A stretch of 64,000 bases of DNA from assembly GCF_009914755.1 (NCBI RefSeq), contig NC_060933.1; one strand, written 5' to 3'. The notes under the pieces were generated by a model. The model did no database searches. It was given only the letters and a program-made list of their open reading frames with translations, and had not been told where the DNA came from. Positions 44,091-59,200 of this stretch are shown here, one piece after another (the stretch's first letter is position 1; every line of letters begins with the position of its first letter). This stretch comes from the human T2T-CHM13v2.0 reference genome, Homo sapiens. A program made the translations under genes and the position numbers.

Positions 44091-47000
44091 ATGGAATGGA
44101 ATGGAATGCAATGGAATGGAATCAACCCCAGTGCAATGGAATGGAGAGGAATGGAATGGAATGGAATGGAAACTACCCGAATGGAATGGAATGTAATGGA
44201 GTGTAAGGGAATTGAATAGAATCAATCCGAATGTAATGGAATGGAATGGAACGGAATAGAATGAAATGGAATGGAATTGAATGGAATGCAATGCAATGGA
44301 ATGGAATCAACCGAGGTGCAATCGAATGGAATCGAATGGAATGGAATGCAATGGAATGGATTCAACATGAATGGAATGGAAACAATGGAATCAACAGGAG
44401 TGGAATGGCATGGATTGGAATGGAATGGAATGGAATCAACCCGAGTACTGGAGAATGGAATGGAATGGAATGCAATGGAATGGAATCATCCATAATGGAA
44501 TGGAAAGGAATGGAATGGAATGGAATGGAATGGAATGGAATGGAATGGAATCAACTTGATGGCAATCGAATGGAATGGAATGGAATTAACCCGAATTGAA
44601 TGGAATGGAATGGAATGGAACGGAACGGAATGGAATGGAATGGAATGGAATGGAACGGAACGGAATGGAATGGAATGGAATTAACCCAAATAGAATTGAA
44701 AGGAATGGAATGGAACGGAATGGAATGGAATGGAATGGAATGGAATGGAATGGAATGGAATGGAATGGAATCAACCCGACTGCAGGGGAATGGAATGGAA
44801 TGGAATGGAATGGAATGGAATCATTAGTAATGGAATGGAAAGGAATGGAATGGAAAGGAATGGAATGGAATGAACTCGATTTCAATGGAAGGAAATGGAA
44901 TAGAATGGAACGGAATTAACACGAATAGAATGGAATGGAATGGAATGGAACAGAAAGGAATGGAATGGAATGGAATGGAATCAACCCAAGTGCAGGGGAA
45001 TGGAATGGAATGGAATTCAATGGAATGGAATCATCCGGAATGGAATGGAATGGAATGGAATGGAATGGAATGGAATGGAATGGAATCAACCCGAGTGCAA
45101 TGGAATGGAGAGGAATGGAATGGAATGGAATGGAAACTACACGAATGGAATGGAATGTAATGGAGTGTAAGGGAATTGAATAGAATGAATCCGAATGGAA
45201 TGGAATGGAATGGAATGGAAAGGAATGGAATGGAATGGAATGGAATGGAATGGAATGGAATGGAATGCAATGCCATGGAATCAACCCGAGTGCAATCAAA
45301 TGGAATCGAATGGAATGGAATGCAACGGAATGGATTCAACTTGAATGGAATGGAAAGAATGGAATCAACACGAGTGGAATGGCATGGATTGGAATGGAAT
45401 GGAATGGAATCAACCCGAGTAAAGGGGAATGGAATGGAATGGAATGAAATGGAATGGAATTAAATGGAATGGAATCATCCGTAATGTAATGGAAAGGAAT
45501 GGAATGGAATGGAATGGAATGGAATGGAATCAACTTGATTGCAATTGAATGGAATGGAATGGAATTAACCCGAATAGAATGGAATGGAATGGAATGGAAT
45601 GGAATGGAATGGAATGGAATGGAACGGAACGGAATGGAATGGAATGGAATGGAACGGAACGGAACGGATCGGAATGGAATGGAATGGAATGGAATGGAAT
45701 GGAATTGAATGGAATCAACGCGAGTGCAGGGGAATGGAATGGAATGGAATGCAATGGAATGGAATCTTCCGGAATGGAATGGAATGGAATGGAATAGAAT
45801 GGAATGGAATGGAATGGAATGGAATCAACCTGAGTACAGGGGAATGGAATGGAATGGAATGCAATGGAATGGAATCATCCGTAATGGAATGGAAAGGAAT
45901 GGAATGGAATGGAATGGAATGGAATGGAAAGGAATGGAATGGAATCAACTCGATTGCAATCGAATGGAATGGAATGGAATTAACCGGAATAGAATGGAAT
46001 GCAATAGAATAGAACGGAACGGAACGGAATGTAATGGAATGGAATGGAATGGAATGGAACGGAAAGGAATGGAATGGAATGGAATGGAATGGAATGGAAT
46101 GGAATGGAGTGGAATCAACGCGAGTGCAGGGGAATGGAATGGAATGGAATGCAATGGAATGGAATCTTCCGGAATGGAATGGAATGGAATGGAATGGAAT
46201 GGAATGGAATAAACCCGAGTGCAATGGAATGGAGTGGAATGGAATGGAATGGAATGGAACAACCCGAATGGAATGGAATGTAATGGAGAGTAAGGGAGTT
46301 GAATAGAATCAATCCGAATGTAATGGAATGGAATGGAATGGAATGGAATCAACAAGATTGCAATGGAATGGAATGGAATGGAATTAACCCGAATAGAATG
46401 GAATGGAATGGAATGGAACGGAACGGAACGGAATGGAATGGAATGGAATGGAATGGAATGGAATGGAACGGAATGGAATGGAATGGAATGGAATGGAATG
46501 GAAAGGAATGGAATCAACGCGAGTGCAGGGGAATGGAATGTAATGGAATGCAATGGAATGGAATCTTCCGGAATGGAATGGAATGTAATGGAATCAACCC
46601 GAGTGCAATGGAATGGAGTCGAATGGAATGGAATGGAATGGAACAACCCGAATGGAATCGAATGTAATGGAGAGTAAGGGAGTTGAATAGAATCAATCCG
46701 AATGTAATGGAATGGAATGGAACGGAATGGAATGGAATGGAATGGAATGGAATGGAATGGAATGGAATGCAATGGAATGGAATCAACCCGAGTGCAATCG
46801 AATGGAATCGAATGGAATGGAATGCAATGGAATGGATTCAACTAGAATGGAATGGAAAGAATGGAATCAACACGAGTGGAAGGGCATGGATTGGAATGGA
46901 ATGGAATGGAATCAACCCGAGTACAGGGGAATGGAATGGAATGGAATGCAATGGAATGGAATCATCCGTAATGGAATGGAAAGGAATGGAATGGAATGGA

Positions 47001-47830
47001 ATGGAATGGAATGGAATGAAATGGAATGGAATGGAATCAACTCGATTGCAATCGAATGGAATGGAATGGAATTAACCCGAATAGAATGGAATGGAATGGA
47101 GTGGAACGGAACTGAACGGAATGGAACGGAATGGAACGGAAAGGAAGGGAAAGGAATGGAATAGAATGGAATAGAATGGAATCAACGCGAGTGCAGGGGA
47201 ATGGAATGGAATGGAATGCAATGGAATGGAATCTTCCGGAATGGAATGGAATGGAATGGAATGGAATGGAATGGAATCAACCCGAGTCCAATGGAATGGA
47301 GTGGAATGGAATGGAATGGAATGGAACAACCCGAATGGAATGGAATGTAATGGAGAGTAAGGGAGTTGAATAGAATCAATCCGAATGTAACGGAATGGAA
47401 TGGAACGGAATGGAATGGAATGGAATGGAATGGAATGCAATGGAATGGAATCAACCCGAGTGAAATCGAATGGAATCGAATGGAATTAATGCAATGGAAT
47501 GGATTCAACTTGAACGGAATGGAAAGAATGGAATCAACACGAGTGGAATGGCATGGATTGGAATGCAATGGAATGGAATCAACCCGAGTACAGGGGAATG
47601 GAATGGAATGGAATGCAATGGAATGGAATCATCCGTAATGGAATGGAAAGGAATGGAATGGAATGGAATGGAATGGAATGGAATGGAATGGAATGGAATC
47701 AACACGATTGCAATCGAATGGAATGGAATGGAATTAACCCGAATAGAATGGAATTGAATGGAATGGAACGGAACGGAATGGAATGGAATGGAATGGAATG
47801 GAACGGAACGGAACGGAAAGGAACGGAATG
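44000..47830 (-). repeat. ~3.8-kb block duplicated at ~51170-54990 (offset ~7.16 kb)
   Basis: Collinear rare variants: CAACCCCAGTGC, TTCAACATGA, CAACAGGAG, TCATTAGTAA, ACTACACGA, GTAAAGGGG, GAACGGATCGG, CAACAAGATTGC, CGAGTGAAATCG. ORF offsets are 7159-7169. Confidence 0.9.
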
Positions 47831-50800
47831 GAATGGAATGGAACGGAACGGAACGGAACGGAACGGAATGGAATGGAATGGAATGGAATGCAATGGAATG
47901 GAATCAACCCGAGTTCAATGGAATAGAGAGGAATGGAATGGAATGGAATGGAAACTACCCGAATGGAATGGAATGTAATGGAGTGTAAGGGAATTGAATA
48001 GAATCAATCCAAATGTAATGGAATGGAATGGAACGGAATGGAATGGAATGGAATGGAATGGAATGGAATGGAATGGAATGCAATGGAATGGAATCAACCC
48101 GAGTGCAATCGAATGGAATCGAATGGAATGGAATGCAATGGAATGGATTCAACTTGAATGGAATGGAAAGAATTGAATCAACACGAGTGGAATGGCATGG
48201 ATTGGAATGGAATGGAATGGAATCAACCCGAGTACAGGAGAATGGAATGGAATGGAATGCAATGGAATGGAATCATCCGTAATGGAATGGAAAGGAATGG
48301 AATGGAATGGAATGGAATGGAATGGAATCAACTCGATTGCAATCGAATGGAATGGAATGGAATTAACCCGAATAGAATGGAATGGAATGGAATGGAACGG
48401 AACGGAATGGAATGGAATGGAATGGAATGGAACGGAAAGGAAGGGAATGGAATGGAATAGAATGGAATGGAATGGAATCAACGCGAGTGCAGGGGAATGG
48501 AATGGAATGGAATGCAATGGAATGGAATCTTCCGGAATGGAATGGAATGGAATGGAATGGAATGGAATGGAATCAACCCGAGTGCAATGGAATGGAGTGG
48601 AATGGAATGGAATGGAATGGAACAACCCGAATGGAATGGAATGTAATGGAGAGTAAGGGAGTTGAATAGAATCAATCCGAATGGAATCGAATGGAATGGA
48701 ACGGAATGGAATGGAACGGAATGGAATGGAATGCAATGGAATCGAATCAACCCGAGTGCAATGGAATGGAGAGGAATGGAATGGAATGGAATGGAAACTA
48801 CCCGAATGGAATGGAATGTAATGGAGTGTATGGGAATTGAATAGAATCAATCCGAATGTAAAGGAATGGAATGGAACGGAATGGAATGGAATGGAATGCA
48901 TTGGAATGGAATCAACCCGAGTGCAATCGAATGGAATCGAATGGAATGGAATGCAATGGAATAGATTCAATTTGAATGGAATGGAAAGAATGGAATCAAC
49001 ACGAGTGGAATGGCATGGATTGGAATGGAATGGAATGGAATCAACCCGAGTACAGGGGAATGGAATGGAATGGAATGCAATGGAATGGAATCATCCGTAA
49101 TGGAATGGAAAGGAATGGAATAGAATGGAATCAACTCGATTTCAATCGAATGGAATGGAATGCAATTAACCCGAATAGAATGGAATGGAATGGAATGGAA
49201 CGGAACGGAATGGAATGGAATGGAATGGAACGGAACGGATGGAATGGAATGGAATGGAATGGAATGCAATCAACGCGAGTGCAGGGGAATGGAATGGAAT
49301 GGAATGCAATGGAATGGAATCTTCCGGAATGGAATGGAATGGAATGGATTGAATGAAATGCAATGGATTCAACTCGATTGCAATGGAATGGAATAGAATG
49401 GAATGGAATGGAATGGAATGGAATTAATCCGAATAGAATGGAATGGAATGGAATGGAACGGAATGGAACGGAATGGAATGGAATGGCATGGAATGGAATG
49501 GTATGGAATGGAATGGAATCGTACGGAATAGAATGGAATGGAACGAATTGTAATGGAATGGATTTGAAGGGAATGGAATGGAATGGAATGGAAACAACGC
49601 GAGTGCAGGGGAATGTAATGGAACGCAATGCAATGGAATGGAATCATCCGGAATGGAATGGAATGGAATGGAATGGAATCGAATGGAATGGAATGGAATC
49701 AACCCGAGTGCAATGGAATGGAGTGGAATGGAATGGAATGGAATGAAACAACCCGAATGGAGTGGAATGTAATGGAGAGTAAGGGAGTTGAATAGAATCA
49801 ATCCGAATGTAATGGAATGGAATGCAACGGAATGGAATGGAATGGAATGGAACGGAATGCAATGGAATTGAATCAACCCGAGTACAATGGAATGGAATGG
49901 AATGGAATGGAATGGAATGGAATGATACGGAATAGAATGGAATGGAACGAAATGGAATGGAATGGAATGGAATGGAATGGAATGGAATGGAATGGAATGG
50001 AATGGAATCGTTCCGAGTGGAATAGGAGGGAATGTATTCGAGTGGAATGGAAAGGAATGGTATCCACCAGAGTGGAATGGAAGGGAATGGAATGGAATGG
50101 AAACTAATAGAATGGAATCAACCCGAGTGGAATGGAATGGAAAGGACTGGAATGGAATGGAATGGAATGGAATCAACTCGATTGTAATGGAATGGAATGG
50201 AATGGAATGGAATGGAATGGAATTAACCCGAATACAATGGAATGGAATGGAATGGAACGGAATGGAGTGGAATGGAATGGAATCAACCCGAGTGCAGGGG
50301 AATGGAATGGAATGGAATGCAATGGAATGGAATCATCCGGAATGGAATGGAATGGAATGGAATGCAAAGCAATGGAATCAACTCGATTGCAATGGAATGG
50401 AATGGAATGGAAAGGAATACATTGGAATCAACCCGAGTGGAATGGAATGGAAAGGACAGGAATGGAGTGGAATGGAATGGAATGGAATGGAATCAACTCG
50501 ATTGGAATGGAATGGAATGGAATGGAATGGAATTAACCCGAATAGAATGGAATGGAATGGAATGGAACGGAACGGAACGGAATGGAATGGAATGGAATGG
50601 AATGGAATGGAATGGAATCAACCCGACTGCAGGGGAATGGAATGGAATGGAATGCAATGGAATGGATTCAACTTGAATGGAATGGAAAGAATGGAATCAA
50701 CACGAGTGGAATGGCAAGAATTGAAATGGAATGGAATGGAATCAACCCGAGTACAGGGGAATGGAATGGAATGGAATGCAATGGAATGGAATCATCCGTA

Positions 50801-53800
50801 ATGGAATGGAAAAGAATGGAATGGAATGGAATAGAATGGAATGGAATCAACTCGTTTGCAATCGAATGGAATGGAATGGAATTAACCCGAATAGAATGGA
50901 ATGGAATGGAATGGAACGGAACGGAACGGAATGGATTGGATTGGAATGGAATGGAATGGAATGGAAAGGAAAGGAATGCAATGGAATGGAATGGAATGGA
51001 ATGGAATGGAATGGAATCAACGCGAGTGCAGGGGAATGGAATGGAATGGAATGCAATGGAATGGAATCTTCCGGAATGGAATGGAATGGAATGGAATGGA
51101 ATGGAATGGAATGGAATAAACCCGAGTGCAATGGAATGGAGTGGAATGGAATGGAATGGAATGGAACAACCCGAATGGAATCGAATGTAATGGAGAGTAA
51201 GGGAGTTGAATAGAATCAATCCGAATGTAATGGAATGGAATGGAACGGAATGGAATTGAATGGAATGGAATGGAATGCAATGGAATGGAATCAACCCCAG
51301 TGCAATGGAATGGAGAGGAATGGAATGGAATGGAATGGAAACTACCCGAATGGAATGGAATGTAATGGAGTGTAAGGGAATTGAATAGAATCAATCCGAA
51401 TGTAATGGAATGGAATGGAACGGAATAGAATGAAATGGAATGGAATTGAATGGAATGCAATGCAATGGAATGGAATCAACCCGAGTGCAATCGAATGGAA
51501 TCGAATGGAATGGAATGCAATGGAATGGATTCAACATGAATGGAATGGAAAGAATGGAATCAACAGGAGTGGAATGGCATGGATTGGAATGGAATGGAAT
51601 GGAATCAAACCGAGTACAGGAGAATGGAATGGAATGGAATGCAATGGAATGGAATCATCCATAATGGAATGGAAAGGAATGGAATGGAATGGAATGTAAT
51701 GGAATGGAATCAACTTGATGGCAATCGAATGGAATGGAATGGAATTAACCCGAATAGAATGGAATGGATTGGAATGGAACGGAACGGAATGGAATGGAAT
51801 GGAATGGAATGGAACGGAACGGAATGGAATGGAATGGAATTAACCCAAATAGAATTGAAAGGAATGGAATGGAACGGAATGGAATGGAATGGAATGGAAT
51901 GGAATGGAATGGAATGGAATGGAATCAACCCGACTGCAGGGGAATGGAATGGAATGGAATGGAATGGAATGGAATCATTAGTAATGGAATGGAAAGGAAT
52001 GGAATGGAAAGGAATGGAATGGAATGAACTCGATTTCAATGGAATGAAATGGAATAGAATGGAACGGAATTAACACGAATAGAATGGAATGGAATGGAAT
52101 GGAATGGAACAGAAAGGAATGGAATGGAATGGAATGGAATCAACCCAAGTGCAGGGGAATGGAATGGAATGGAATTCAATGGAATGGAATCATCCGGAAT
52201 GGAATGGAATGGAATGGAATGGAATGGAATGGAATGGAATGGAATCAACCCGAGTGCAATGGAATGGAGAGGAATGGAATGGAATGGAATGGAAACTACA
52301 CGAATGGAATGGAATGTAATGGAGTGTAAGGGAATTGAATAGAATGAATCCGAATGGAATGGAATGGAATGGAATGGAAAGGAATGGAATGGAATGGAAT
52401 GGAATGGAATGGAATGGAATGGAATGCAATGCCATGGAATCAACCCGAGTGCAATCAAATGGAATCGAATGGAATGGAATGCAACGGAATGGATTCAACT
52501 TGAATGGAATGGAAAGAATGGAATCAACACGAGTGGAATGGCATGGTTTGGAATGGAATGGAATGGAATCAACCCGAGTAAAGGGGAATGGAATGGAATG
52601 GAATGAAATGGAATGGAATTAAATGGAATGGAATCATCCGTAATGTAATGGAAAGGAATGGAATGGAATGGAATGGAATGGAATGGAATCAACTTGATTG
52701 CAATTGAATGGAATGGAATGGAATTAACCCGAATAGAATGGAATGGAATGGAATGGAATGGAATGGAATGGAATGGAATGGAACGGAACGGAATGGAATG
52801 GAATGGAATGGAATGGAACGGAACGGATCGGAATGGAATGGAATGGAATGGAATGGAATGGAATGGAATTGAATGGAATCAACGCGAGTGCAGGGGAATG
52901 GAATGGAATGGAATGCAATGGAATGGAATCTTCCGGAATGGAATGGAATGGAATGGAATAGAATGGAATGGAATGGAATGGAATGGAATGGAATGGAATC
53001 AACCCGAGTACAGGGGAATGGAATGGAATGGAATGCAATGGAATGGAATCATCCGTAATGGAATGGAAAGGAATGGAATGGAATGGAATGGAATGGAATG
53101 GAAAGGAATGGAATGGAATCAACTCGATTGCAATCGAATGGAATGGAATGGAATTAACCCGAATAGAATGGAATGGAATAGAATAGAACGGAACGGAACG
53201 GAATGGAATGGAATGGAATGGAGTGGAATGGAACGGAAAGGAATGGAATGGAATGGAATGGAATGGAATGGAATGGAATGGAGTGGAATCAACGCGAGTG
53301 CAGGGGAATGGAATGGAATGGAATGCAATGGAATGGAATCTTCCGGAATGGAATGGAATGGAATGGAATGGAATGGAATGGAATAAACCCGAGTGCAATG
53401 GAATGGAGTGGAATGGAATGGAATGGAATGGAACAACCCGAATGGAATGGAATGTAATGGAGAGTAAGGGAGTTGAATAGAATCAATCCGAATGTATTGG
53501 AATGGAATGGAATGGAATGGAATCAACAAGATTGCAATGGAATGGAATGGAATGGAATTAACCCGAATAGAATGGAATGGAATGGAATGGAACGGAACGG
53601 AATGGAATGGAATGGAATGGAATGGAATGGAATGGAACGGAATGGAATGGAATGGAATGGAATGGAATGGAAAGGAATGGAATCAACGCGAGTGCAGGGG
53701 AATGGAACGTAATGGAATGCAATGGAATGGAATCTTCCGGAATGGAATGGAATGTAATGGAATCAACCCGAGTGCAATGGAATGGAGTCGAATGGAATGG

Positions 53801-55439
53801 AATGGAATGGAACAACCCGAATGGAATCGAATGTAATGGAGAGTAAGGGAGTTGAATAGAATCAATCCGAATGTAATGGAATGGAATGGAACGGAATGGA
53901 ATGGAATGGAATGGAATGGAATGGAATGGAATGCAATGGAATGGAATCAACCCGAGTGCAATCGAATGGAATCGAATGGAATGGAATGCAATGGAATGGA
54001 TTCAACTAGAATGGAATGGAAAGAATGGAATCAACACGAGTGGAAGGGCATGGATTGGAATGGAATGGAATGGAATCAACCCGAGTACAGGGGAATGGAA
54101 TGGAATGGAATGCAATGGAATGGAATCATCCGTAATGGAATGGAAAGGAATGGAATGGAATGGAATGGAATGGAATGGAATGAAATGGAATGGAATGGAA
54201 TCAACTCGATTGCAATCGAATGGAATGGAATGGAATTAACCCGAATAGAATGGAATGGAATGGAGTGGAACGGAACTGAACGGAATGGAACGGAATGGAA
54301 CGGAAAGGAAGGGAAAGGAATGGAATAGAATGGAATAGAATGGAATCAACGCGAGTGCAGGGGAATGGAATGGAATGGAATGCAATGGAATGGAATCTTC
54401 CGGAATGGAATGGAATGGAATGGAATGGAATGGAATGGAATAAACCCGAGTCCAATGGAATGGAGTGGAATGGAATGGAATGGAATGGAACAACCCGAAT
54501 GGAATGGAATGTAATGGAGAGTAAGGGAGTTGAATAGAATCAATCCGAATGTAATGGAATGGAATGGAACGGAATGGAATGGAATGGAATGGAATGGAAT
54601 GCAATGGAATGGAATCAACCCGAGTGAAATCGAATGGAATCGAATGGAATATAATGCAATGGAATGGATTCAACTTGAACGGAATGGAAAGAATGGAATC
54701 AACACGAGTGGAATGGCATGGATTGGAATGCAATGGAATGGAATCAACCCGAGTACAGGGGAATGGAATGGAATGGAATGCAATGGAATGGAATCATCCG
54801 TAATGGAATGGAAAGGAATGGAATGGAATGGAATGGAATGGAATGGAATGGAATGGAATGGAATCAACACGATTGCAATCGAATGGAATGGAATGGAATT
54901 AACCCGAATAGAATGGAATTGAATGGAATGGAACGGAACGGAATGGAATGGAATGGAATGGAATGGAAAGGAACGGAACGGAACGGAACGGAATGGAATG
55001 GAATGGAATGGAATGGAATGGAATCAACGCGAGTGCAGGGGAATGGAATGGAATGGAATGCAATGGAATGGAATCTTCCGGAATGGAATGGAATGGAATG
55101 GAATGGAATGGAATGGAATGGAATGAAATGCAATGGATTCAACTCGATTGCAATGGAATGGAATAGAATGGAATGGAATGGAATGGAATGGAATGGAATG
55201 GAATGGAATTAACCCGAACAGAATGGAATGGAATGGAATGGAATGGAATTAACCCGAATAGAATGGAATGGAATGGAATTGAACGGAATGGAATGGAATG
55301 GAATGGAATGGAATGGAATGGAATGGAATCAACCCGACTGCAGGGGAATGGAATGGAATGGAATGGAATGGAATGGAATCATCCGGAACGGAATGGAATG
55401 GAATGGAATGGAAAGCAATGGAATGGAATCATACGGAAT

Positions 55440-56290
55440 GGAATGGAATGGAATGGAATGCAATCAACCGGATGCAATGGAATGGAGTGGAATGGAATGG
55501 AATGGAATGGAAACATCCCGAATGGAATGGAATGTAATGGAGTGTAAGGGAATTGAATAGAATCAATCCGAATGTAATGGAATGGAATGGAATGAAATGG
55601 AATGGAATGGAATGGAATGGAATCAACCCGAGTGCAATGGAATGGATTCGAATGGAATGGAATGGAATGGAATGGAATGGATTCAACAAGAATGGAATGG
55701 AAAGGAATGGAATCAACCCGAGTGTAATGGCATGGAATGGAACGGAATGGAATGGGATGGAATGGAATGGTACGGAATAGAATGGAATGGAATGAAATGG
55801 AATAGAATGGAATGGAATGGAATGGAATGGAATGGAATGGAATGGAATGGAATGAACCCGTGTGCAATGGAATGGAATGGAATGGAATGGAATGGATTCA
55901 ACTCGAATGGAATCCACTCGATTGCAATGGAATGGAATGGAATTAAAAGGAATAGAATGGAATCAACCCGAGTGGAATGGAAAGGAAAGGACTGGAATGG
56001 AGTGGAATGGAATGGAATGGAATTAACCCGAATAGAATGAAATGGAACGGAATGGAATGGAATGTAATGGAATGGAATGGAATGGAATCAACCCGAGTGC
56101 AGGGGAATGGAATGGAATGGAATGCAATGGAATGAAATCATCCGGAATGGAATGGAATGGAATGGAATGGAATGGAATTGAATGGAATGGAAACAACTCG
56201 ATTTCAATGGAATGGAATGGAGTAGAATGGAACGAAATTAACACGAATAGAATGAAATGGAATGGAATGGAATGGAACAGAAAGGAATGG
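55440..56290 (-). repeat. ~0.85-kb atypical block duplicated at ~61060-61880 (offset ~5.6 kb)
   Basis: CAATCAACC(G/T)GATGC, AAACATCCCG, GGATTCGAATGG, GAGTGTAATGGCATGG and GAACCCGTGTGC occur in the same order in both copies. Confidence 0.85.
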
Positions 56291-59200
56291 AATGGAATGG
56301 AATGGAATTGAATGCAATGGAATGGAATCAACCCGAGTGCAATCGAATGGAATCGAATGGAATGGAATGCAATGGAATGGAATCAACTCGATTGCAATCG
56401 AATGGAATGGAATGGAATTAACCCGAATAGAATGGAATGGAATGGAATGGAAAGGAACGGAATGGAATGGAATGGAATGGAATGGAATAGAATGGAATGG
56501 AACGGAACGGAATGGAATGGAATGGAATGGAATGGAATGGAATGGAATCAACGCGAGTGCAGGGGAATGGAATGGAATGGAATGCAATGGAATGGAATCT
56601 TCCGGAATGGAATGGAATGGAATGGAATGGAATGGAATGAAACGCAATGAATTCAACTCGATTGCAATGGAATGGAATAGAATGGAACGGAATGGAATGG
56701 AATAGAATGAACCCGAATAGAATGGAATGGAATGCAATGGAACGGAATGGAACGGAATGGAATGGAATGGAATGGAATGGTACGGAATAGAATGGAATGT
56801 AACGAATTGTAATTTAATGGAATTGAATGGAATGGAATGGAATCAACGCGAGTGCAGGGGAATGTAATGGAACGGAATGCAATGGAATGGAATCATCCGG
56901 AATGGAATGGAATGGAATGGAATGGAATGGAATGGAATCAACCCGAGTGCAATGGAATGGAGTGGAATGAAATGGAATGGAATGGAACAACCCGAATGGA
57001 ATGGAATGTAATGGAATGTAATTGAGTTGAATAGAATCAATCCGAATGTAATGGAATGGAATGCAACGGAATGGAATGGAATGGAATGCAATGGAATGCA
57101 ATCAACCAGAGTACAATGGAATGGAATGGAATGGAATGGAATGGAATGGAATGGAATGCCTTCAAACCGAATGGAATGGAAAGGAATGGAATCAACACGA
57201 GTGGAATGGAATGGAATGGAATGGAATGGAATGGAATGGAATGATACGGAATAGAATGGAATGGAACGAAATGGAATGGAATGGAATGGAATGGAATGGA
57301 ATGGAATGGAATCGTTCCGAGTGGAATAGGAGGGAATTTATTCGAGTGGAATGGAAAGGAATGGAATCAACCAGAGTGGAATGGAAGGGAATGGAATGGA
57401 ATGGAAACTAATAGAATGGAATCAACCCGAGTGGAATGGAATGGAAAGGACTGGAATGGAATGGAATGGAATGGAATCAACTCGATTGTAATGGAATGGA
57501 ATGGAATGGAATGGAATGGAATGGAATGGAATTACCCCGAATACAATGGAATGGAATGGAATGGAACGGAATGGAGTGGAATGGAATGGAATCAACCCGA
57601 GTGCAGGGGAATGGAATGGAATGGAATACAATGGAATGGAATCTTCCGGAATGGAATGGAATGGAATGGAATGGAATGGAATGGAATGGAATAAACCCGA
57701 GTGCAATAGAATGGAGTGGAATGGAATGGAATGGAATGGAAGAGCCCGAATGGAATGGAATGTAATGGAGAGTAAGGGAGTTGAATAGAATGAATCCGAA
57801 TGTAATGGAATGGAATGGAACGGAATGGAATTGAATGGAATGGAATGGAATGCAATGGAATGGAATCAACCCGAGTGCAATGGAATGGAGAGGAATGGAA
57901 TGGAATGGAATGGAAACTACCCGAATGGAATGGAATGTAATGGAGTGTAAGGGAATTGAATAGAATCAATCCGAATGTAATGGAATGGAATGGAATGGAA
58001 TGGAATGCAATGGAATGGAATCAACCCGAGTGCAATCGAATGGAATCGAATGGAATGGAATGCAATGGAATGGATTCAAATTGAATGGAATGGAAAGAAT
58101 GGAATCAACACGAGTGGAAGGGCATGGATTGGAATGCAATGGAATGGAATCAACCCGAGTACAGGGGAATGGAATGGAATGGAATTCAATGGAATGGAAT
58201 CATCCGTAATGGAATGGAAAGGAATGGAATGGAATGGAATGGAATGGAATGGAATGGAATCAACTCGATTGCAATCGAATGGAATGGAATGGAATTAACC
58301 CGAATAGAATGGGATGGAATGGAATGGAACGGAACGGAATGGAATGGAATGGAATGGAATGGAATGGAAAGGAACGGAACGGAACGGAATGGAATGGAAT
58401 GGAATGGAATGGAATGGAATGGAATGGAATCAACGAGAGTGCAGGGGAATGGAATGGAATGGAATGCAATGGAATGGAATCTTCCGGAATGGAATGGAAT
58501 GCAATGGAATGGAATGAAATGCAATGGATTCAACTCGATTGCAGTGGAATGGAATAGAATGGAATGGAATGGAATGGAATGGAATTAACCCGAATAGAAT
58601 GGAATGGAATGGAACGGAATGGAATGGAATGGAATGGAATGGAATGGAATGGAATGGAATGGTATGGAATGGAATGGAATGGTACGGAATAGAATGGAAT
58701 GGAACGAATGGTAATGGAAAGGAATTGAATGGAATGGAATGGAATGGAATGGAATCAACGCGAGTGCAGGGGAATGTAATGGAACGGAATGCAATGGAAT
58801 GGAATCATCCGGAATGGAATGGAATGGAATGGAGTGGAATGGAATCAACCCGAGTGCAATGGAATGGAGTGGAATGGAATGGAATGGAATGGAACAAGCC
58901 GAATGGAATGGAATGTAATGGACAGTAAGGGAGTTGAATAGAATCAATCCGAATGTAATGGAATGGAATGCAACGGAATGAAATGGAATGGAATGCAATG
59001 GAATGGAATGGAATGCAAAGGAATGGAATCAACCCGAGTGGAATGGCATGGAATGGAATGCAATGGAATGGAATGGAATGGAATCAACTCGAGTGGAAAG
59101 GAATGGAATGGAATGGAAAGGAATGGAATGAAGTCAACTCGAGTGGAATGGAATGGAACGGAATGGATTGGAATGGATTGCAATGGAATGAAATGGAATG

